Below are positions 30,951 to 36,475 of a DNA stretch of 36,475 nt, piece after piece (positions within the stretch are counted from its first letter, which is position 1; each line of letters opens with the position of its first letter). Origin of the DNA: an uncultured Candidatus Saccharibacteria bacterium (GTDB taxonomy: Bacteria > Patescibacteriota > Minisyncoccia > Phycocordibacterales > CAIJYI01); the NCBI GenBank assembly GCA_964428135.1, contig CAYRXD010000003.1, positions 1 to 36,475 on the forward strand, in the 5' to 3' direction. The position numbers were made by a program, and so were the translations under genes. The notes beneath the pieces are model-generated. The model was not told the origin of the DNA, ran no database searches, and saw only the letters and a program-made list of their open reading frames with translations.

Positions 30951-31016
30951 CCAAAACTCAAAATAGCAAATTCTAGCATATGCTAGAATTTGCTATTTTG
31001 AGTTTTGGCTTTTTAT
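30951..31016 (+). terminator. Perfect 58-bp palindrome followed by a T run (terminator of manC)
   Basis: ccaaaactcaaaatagcaaattctagcat | atgctagaatttgctattttgagttttgg spans 30951-31008 with 29-bp arms and no mismatch. cttttt follows. Confidence 0.7.
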
Positions 31017-31020
31017 GTGC

Positions 31021-31050
31021 AAAAAATGCCCCGCGGGAATACCGCGGGGC
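31021..31050 (-). terminator. GC-rich intrinsic terminator of the FAD-oxidoreductase gene
   Basis: gccccgcgg (31028-31036) / ccgcggggc (31042-31050) with a 5-nt loop. A T6 run follows on the minus strand (31026-31021). The plus strand also has a T run after the stem. Confidence 0.75.
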
Positions 31051-31058
31051 GCCTATTT

Positions 31059-32201
31059 TTAGCGAAGCACTTTGAAAACTTCCGGGCGCGCAGAGACATA
31101 TTTTGCGAATGCCATACTGCTTGAGATTCCGGGCGACTCCACCCACATATAATTTATCAGAAGAGGGCGTAATGAATCAATGCCGATATGAAAGTCGTCT
31201 TCTCGTTCTGTGTCGGAGCGTTTCGGGCGGATGCCTGAGTGCGACCATTCTATATCGTCAGGTTCCAGCTCGACGCCGAAAGCGTTTGCAACTCGCAAGA
31301 ATTCTTCTTTTGGCGAGGGATCTTCGTTATAAAATGTTTTTGAAGGAACTCTTTTTGCGTTCGGTCCCAAGAAAAGACTGCCGTCCGGACGTGGTCCGAA
31401 ATGGATGCCTTTTCCCGGATGTTTCGATGAAACCACCGGATAGACGAGGCGGCTAACGAGGTTTCGCTTTTCCGGATTGATAACCTTATAATACTCTCCG
31501 CGCCACGGGTATTGGAGATAGCGTTTTTCGCCGAGAGCCATATTTGCAATGTCGTCGGCGTAGAGTCCGGCGGCATTGATGAGCACTTTTGCATGCACTT
31601 CCATTTTTGTCGTTTCGATGATGGTGCGATTTCCCTCGAAACGAATGTCTTTGATTTCGTTTTCGTAAAAGAAGCGTACGCCTGAGTAAACAGCCTCGCA
31701 CTCAAGTGCCTGCACAAACCGGAGAGAATCGATCACTGAAACACTTGGAATAAAAACTCCAGCGGCGGCGTTGATATTCGGCTCGAGTTTTTTGATTCCG
31801 ATACCCGTCAGAACTTCAAAATCTATGCCGTGCTTTTTCCCGCGGCGCAAGAGGTGCCACAATGATGCCGTTCCTTCGTACACGATGCGCGGACGCCGTA
31901 TCTCCGAAGAGGGAACGGCAATCACCATTCCGCATTCATCAAGCAGCGGGACATTGTTTTCTTTTGCAAAATCATGCGCGAGCACATACCCCATTTTGGC
32001 GAACCGCGCCTTCCAAGAATTCGGTTCTTGATGGAAGCCGGAGTGAAGCACCCCGCTGTTTTTCGAGCTTGTTTCCAGTCCCGGAGCGCGATGGCGTTCA
32101 AGGACGGCAATGGAACGACTAGGGAAAACTTCCGCCATGCGCAATGCCGTCGCAGCTCCCATCGTTCCCGCACCGATGATCGCGACATCGTAGGTATTCA
32201 T
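31059..32201 (-). CDS. FAD-dependent oxidoreductase (DAO family; LhgO/GlpD-like)
   Basis: MNTYDVAIIGAGTMGAATA (GxGxxG). Start at 32201, preceded by the SD AGGAGAGAGAC. The upstream extension to 32261 has no support. Confidence 0.7.
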   Translation of the reverse strand: MNTYDVAIIGAGTMGAATALRMAEVFPSRSIAVLERHRAPGLETSSKNSGVLHSGFHQEPNSWKARFAKMGYVLAHDFAKENNVPLLDECGMVIAVPSSEIRRPRIVYEGTASLWHLLRRGKKHGIDFEVLTGIGIKKLEPNINAAAGVFIPSVSVIDSLRFVQALECEAVYSGVRFFYENEIKDIRFEGNRTIIETTKMEVHAKVLINAAGLYADDIANMALGEKRYLQYPWRGEYYKVINPEKRNLVSRLVYPVVSSKHPGKGIHFGPRPDGSLFLGPNAKRVPSKTFYNEDPSPKEEFLRVANAFGVELEPDDIEWSHSGIRPKRSDTEREDDFHIGIDSLRPLLINYMWVESPGISSSMAFAKYVSARPEVFKVLR

Positions 32202-32302
32202 TGTCTCTCTCCTTATTCTGTTAGTAAAAATTCTGTATATGTCTAATATGGACCGTACCATAACTCACTTCATATGGCAAGTAGCGTATAGTTTCTTTCT
32301 CG

Positions 32303-32311
32303 TGCTATGAT
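32303..32311 (+). promoter_or_regulatory. Extended -10 element 8 nt upstream of ATG 32320
   Basis: TGcTATGAT, then taacgaca, then ATG. No SD. Confidence 0.45.
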
Positions 32312-32319
32312 TAACGACA

Positions 32320-34608
32320 ATGAACATATCAAACATCGAAACGCTTTTGCGGAGAATAACACTTGTGAGTATTTTTATCGTGCCGTTCTTGGCATTTCTT
32401 GTACCCTCATCGCTCTTCTTTCCTTTTATTACGGGCAAGAACTTTGCGTTCCGGATTCTCGTCGACGTGATGTTCGCGTCATGGGCTTGCTTGGCGTACT
32501 ATCGCGCACAATATCGCCCGAAATTCTCGTGGATCATGGCCGCACTTGCGGCATTTGTGGGGATAGTGTTTATTGCTGACATCTTTGGGGCGAACCCTTA
32601 TCGAAGTTTCTGGTCTAATTACGAACGCATGGAGGGTTTTGTCGGTCTTCTTCATCTCTTCGGGTACTTCGTTGTCGCGGGCTCGGTACTTTCGACAGAA
32701 AAGCTGTGGACCAGGTTTTTCCATACCATCATTCTCACGAGTGTCATCATGGTTTTTTACGGACTCATTCAGCTCGGGGGCGGAGCAGAGATCAACCAGG
32801 GCGGTGTCCGGCTTGATGGAACGCTTGGGAACGCCGCTTATTTGGCGGTATACATGCTTTTTAGTATTTTCTTTACCGCTCTTTTGTTCGTGCGCCACAA
32901 AGGGGCGAGTTTTGTAAAATGGATATATGGGATCATTATGTTCTTTCAGGGGCTGATATTGTTCTATACCGCAACCCGGGGCGTTATGGTCGGACTTGCT
33001 GTCGGCATTGTCATTTCTTCGGTTTTGGTGCTGTTGCTTGCAAAAACAAACCGCCGTCTTCGAATCGCGGCGCTTGGAGCTATCGGCGTGCTTGTTCTCA
33101 GTATCGCCTCTCTTGCCGTATTCCGGGATTCTTCGTTTGTGAAAGAGAGCGGAGTACTGAATCGTATCGCGATGTTGCCGCAAGAAGCGCTGAGCAATCC
33201 TCGCTTTAAAGTGTGGGGTATGGCGATTGACGGATTTAAAGAACGTCCGCTTTTGGGCTGGGGGCAGGATAATTTCAATGTCGTCTTCAACAAATACTAT
33301 GACCCGAAGATGTACAGCCAAGAGCAATGGTTCGACCGCGCGCACAATATCTTTTTTGACTGGCTGATCGCCGGGGGTATTTTGGGACTCCTTGGCTATC
33401 TTTCGCTCTTCACTGCGGCTATTTTCTTGGTGTGGAGAAACAAAGCAAAAAACGTGGTCGCCCGGTCTGAGGCGGGGGTGTCGTGGCTCGCAAGATGGAA
33501 AAATACTTTGAAAAGCTACTTGTCCGGAGAGAATACCGAGCATGTACTTGAGGCGAGTTTGTTGTCCGGGCTGCTCACCGCTTATTTTATCAACAACATT
33601 TTCGTTTTCGACAACCTCTTCAGCTACATACTCTTTTTCTCCCTTCTTGCCTATCTGCACTATCGGCATTCGGACAATGGAAGTGTGCCTGCGCAAGTTT
33701 CGACAAAAGCGCGCAATGCGGCCGCAGAAAAACTCCCGTTCGGTCCAGTCGCAATAACTGTTTCGATCGCGCTTGTCGCGGTGGTCTATTTCGTCAACCT
33801 CAAACCTCTGTTCGCCAACCAGGCTCTGATCGAAGGAATTTCCCCGCACGGCAATACTTTCACGAAGGAGAATATCGATGCCTTTAAAAGAGCGCTTGGG
33901 TACCATTCTTTTGGAAACGGCGAATTGCGCGAGCAGATTCTTCAATCAGCGCTTCGGGTGAAGGACGCCTCGGTCGACGCCGCATTACGGCAAGAAATGT
34001 TCGATCTGGCAAAGTCCGAAATGCTTTTACAGGTACAAGCTGCACCCGAGGATGCCCGGTATGAAATGTTTACCGGAATGCTCTTTTTCCAGTATGGGCA
34101 GAATGAAGAAGCGCTGGCGCATTACAAACGGGCGCATGAACTTTCACCCAATAAACAGACAATCGACTTCAACCTCATTCTCTCATATATTAACGCTCAA
34201 AAGATTGATGAAGCCTACAGCTTGGCAAAAGAAGCATATGAGCTTGAGCCGGCATTCGGAGAAGCTGCAAAATTCTATGCCATCACGGCAATGTATAAAG
34301 GCGACGATCGTTTTGCAAATGAGCTTTTGGGAAAAACATTCGGTACGGAACTGTATTACGACGACATGCTGATCAATGTATATGCTCAACTCAAAAAATT
34401 TGATAAGATCATTGCCGTACTACAGAAAAAACTTGGAGAAGGAGGAGATGACCCGCAAACACGGCTTCGTCTCGCGGCATCGTACTTGGAAATGGGGAAC
34501 AAAGCTGCGTCTCTTGCCGAAATACAGAAGATCATCGACGCACACCCTGATTTCAAAGCGCAAGGAGAGTACTATATGAATGAGATTCGCGCAGGCAGAA
34601 AACCGTAG
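32320..34608 (+). CDS. Wzy_C (O-antigen ligase / O-oligosaccharyltransferase) family membrane protein with C-terminal TPR domain
   Basis: 762 aa. FYTATRGVMVGLAVG and RAHNIFFDWLIAGGILGLLGYL match Wzy_C core motifs. About 12 TM segments. The last ~270 aa contain TPR-like repeats (ALAHYKRAHELSPNKQ..., AYSLAKEAYELEPAF...). Confidence 0.8.
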   Translation: MNISNIETLLRRITLVSIFIVPFLAFLVPSSLFFPFITGKNFAFRILVDVMFASWACLAYYRAQYRPKFSWIMAALAAFVGIVFIADIFGANPYRSFWSNYERMEGFVGLLHLFGYFVVAGSVLSTEKLWTRFFHTIILTSVIMVFYGLIQLGGGAEINQGGVRLDGTLGNAAYLAVYMLFSIFFTALLFVRHKGASFVKWIYGIIMFFQGLILFYTATRGVMVGLAVGIVISSVLVLLLAKTNRRLRIAALGAIGVLVLSIASLAVFRDSSFVKESGVLNRIAMLPQEALSNPRFKVWGMAIDGFKERPLLGWGQDNFNVVFNKYYDPKMYSQEQWFDRAHNIFFDWLIAGGILGLLGYLSLFTAAIFLVWRNKAKNVVARSEAGVSWLARWKNTLKSYLSGENTEHVLEASLLSGLLTAYFINNIFVFDNLFSYILFFSLLAYLHYRHSDNGSVPAQVSTKARNAAAEKLPFGPVAITVSIALVAVVYFVNLKPLFANQALIEGISPHGNTFTKENIDAFKRALGYHSFGNGELREQILQSALRVKDASVDAALRQEMFDLAKSEMLLQVQAAPEDARYEMFTGMLFFQYGQNEEALAHYKRAHELSPNKQTIDFNLILSYINAQKIDEAYSLAKEAYELEPAFGEAAKFYAITAMYKGDDRFANELLGKTFGTELYYDDMLINVYAQLKKFDKIIAVLQKKLGEGGDDPQTRLRLAASYLEMGNKAASLAEIQKIIDAHPDFKAQGEYYMNEIRAGRKP

Positions 34609-34624
34609 CGCCCGCGCTTTCATT

Positions 34625-35386
34625 ATGAAACTTTCCATTGTCATTCCCGTCTTCAACGAAGAAAGAACGATTCTTGAGGTTCTTGATACCGTCCGGCGCG
34701 TTCATTTGCCGGATGGATGGGAGAAGGAGATCATTGTTGTTGACGACGGTTCGACAGACCGCACGCGGCACCTTTTGCAGCAGGCTGATTTCGCGCAGAG
34801 TACGGACGTTACGATTCTTCTCAGAGAAAAAAATGAAGGGAAAGGTGCGGCGCTCAAGCTCGGTTTTTCGCTTTGCACGGGCGACTATATCATCATACAA
34901 GATGCGGATTTAGAGTATGACCCGAAAGAGTATTCCGGCTTGATTGCTCCGATAACCCGGAAAGAAATCGACATCGTTTTCGGCTCGCGGAACATGAAGA
35001 GGGGTAACACTTCTTTCAATGCAGTTTATTTTTACGGCGGAGCGGCTCTCACAAAAGTTTTCAATCTCTTTTTCGGAACGCGCTTGAGCGATATTACCAC
35101 GTGTTATAAAGTTTTTCCCCGATCATTCGTTCCGCGCCTCGCGGCTTTCCCCGGTCGCGGCTTTTCTTTTGATGCCATTGAGCTGACATATGCGCTCGCG
35201 AAAGGAAGAAGCATCATTGAAGTTCCGATTACTTATGCGACAAGAACGAGAAAAGAAGGTAAAAAGCTTAAGGTGAGGCATGGGATAAAGTGCATTCTTT
35301 CGATTTTGGAAATAAAAACGAGGGAAGCAGTACCGAAAGGAATTTTCCGCCGAACCATCAAAAGGATTCGTCGAGAGGATTCTTGA
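34625..35386 (+). CDS. Glycosyltransferase family 2, polyprenyl-phosphate sugar synthase type (paralog of 14146-14841)
   Basis: MKLSIVIPVFNEERTILEVL, VVDDGSTDRT, IIQDADLEYDP, CYKVFPRS, EVPITYATRTRKEGKKL. Confidence 0.8.
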   Translation: MKLSIVIPVFNEERTILEVLDTVRRVHLPDGWEKEIIVVDDGSTDRTRHLLQQADFAQSTDVTILLREKNEGKGAALKLGFSLCTGDYIIIQDADLEYDPKEYSGLIAPITRKEIDIVFGSRNMKRGNTSFNAVYFYGGAALTKVFNLFFGTRLSDITTCYKVFPRSFVPRLAAFPGRGFSFDAIELTYALAKGRSIIEVPITYATRTRKEGKKLKVRHGIKCILSILEIKTREAVPKGIFRRTIKRIRREDS

Positions 35387-35398
35387 TTTTCCGTAAAG

Positions 35399-35422
35399 TA
35401 CCCTATATTAGGGGTATTTTTT
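35399..35422 (+). terminator. Weak hairpin plus T run after the last glycosyltransferase gene
   Basis: tacccta-tat-taggggta (one bulge) is followed by tttttt. Confidence 0.35.
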
Positions 35423-35438
35423 CTTCCACACGGTTTGC

Positions 35439-35466
35439 TTGACTTGTGTACCCTTGTGCGTATAAT
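35439..35466 (+). promoter_or_regulatory. rRNA operon promoter candidate
   Basis: TTGACT (35439-35444), 16-nt spacer, TATAAT (35461-35466), about 135 nt upstream of the 16S 5' end. Confidence 0.6.
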
Positions 35467-35600
35467 AGGGGATACGTTCGTTGAAATAGCGTCTCTTAAT
35501 TGGGCGCCACATAAAGTAAATACGTGCAACAACACAAAATTGTAAGTCAAAAAAACAAATGAAAGGAAAGAGATTTTCTTTTGTTTCACTCTTGTTATTC

Positions 35601-36475
<875 letters not shown>

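Noticed and set aside
32479-33945. 488-aa ORF antisense to the Wzy_C-TPR gene
   Set aside because: It lies completely inside a well-supported plus-strand gene. The product is low-complexity and Arg/Lys/Pro-rich with no recognisable motifs. This is a typical shadow ORF caused by the codon bias of the sense gene.

Overview
This window is about 35 kb of almost uninterrupted cell-surface glycan biosynthesis genes, followed by the promoter, leader and first ~870 nt of a 16S rRNA gene. All calls come from motif recognition by eye; no searches were run.

The 16S primer-site variants, moderate-to-low GC and tightly overlapping small genes suggest a Patescibacteria/CPR (Parcubacteria-like) genome.

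Recognisable modules:
- A GDP-sugar branch: manC, gmd, gmm, an fcl/colC-like gene, a ColD-type 3-dehydratase and a GT11 fucosyltransferase.
- A dTDP-sugar branch: rfbA, rfbB, an rfbD-like reductase and a C-methyltransferase, with no rmlC.
- A CapD/PglF-like dehydratase with an AsnB-like amidotransferase.
- A Wzm/Wzt ABC exporter with a Wzt C-terminal domain and an adjacent CmcI-type methyltransferase.
- A GtrA / GtrB-like / GT-C module with two DUF218 proteins.
- An SxtJ / SxtK(DUF5989) / carbamoyltransferase / SGNH module.
- A Wzy_C-TPR ligase-like protein, a 753-aa uncharacterised polytopic membrane protein, and a secreted polyglycine-rich fibre-like protein.

The most unusual features are not the enzymes:
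1. A family of inverted repeats built from AAAGTC/GACTTT words. It forms a cargo-less segmented hairpin. It also brackets two accessory cassettes inserted into the long minus-strand glycan operon: a four-helix-bundle (23S-IVS/Avd family) gene splitting wzm from wzt, and a MazF-like toxin module with its own consensus promoter.
2. A repeated promoter architecture in which the -10 box sits 5-8 nt from the ATG, which implies leaderless mRNAs.
3. A DegT-family enzyme with His in place of the Schiff-base Lys.
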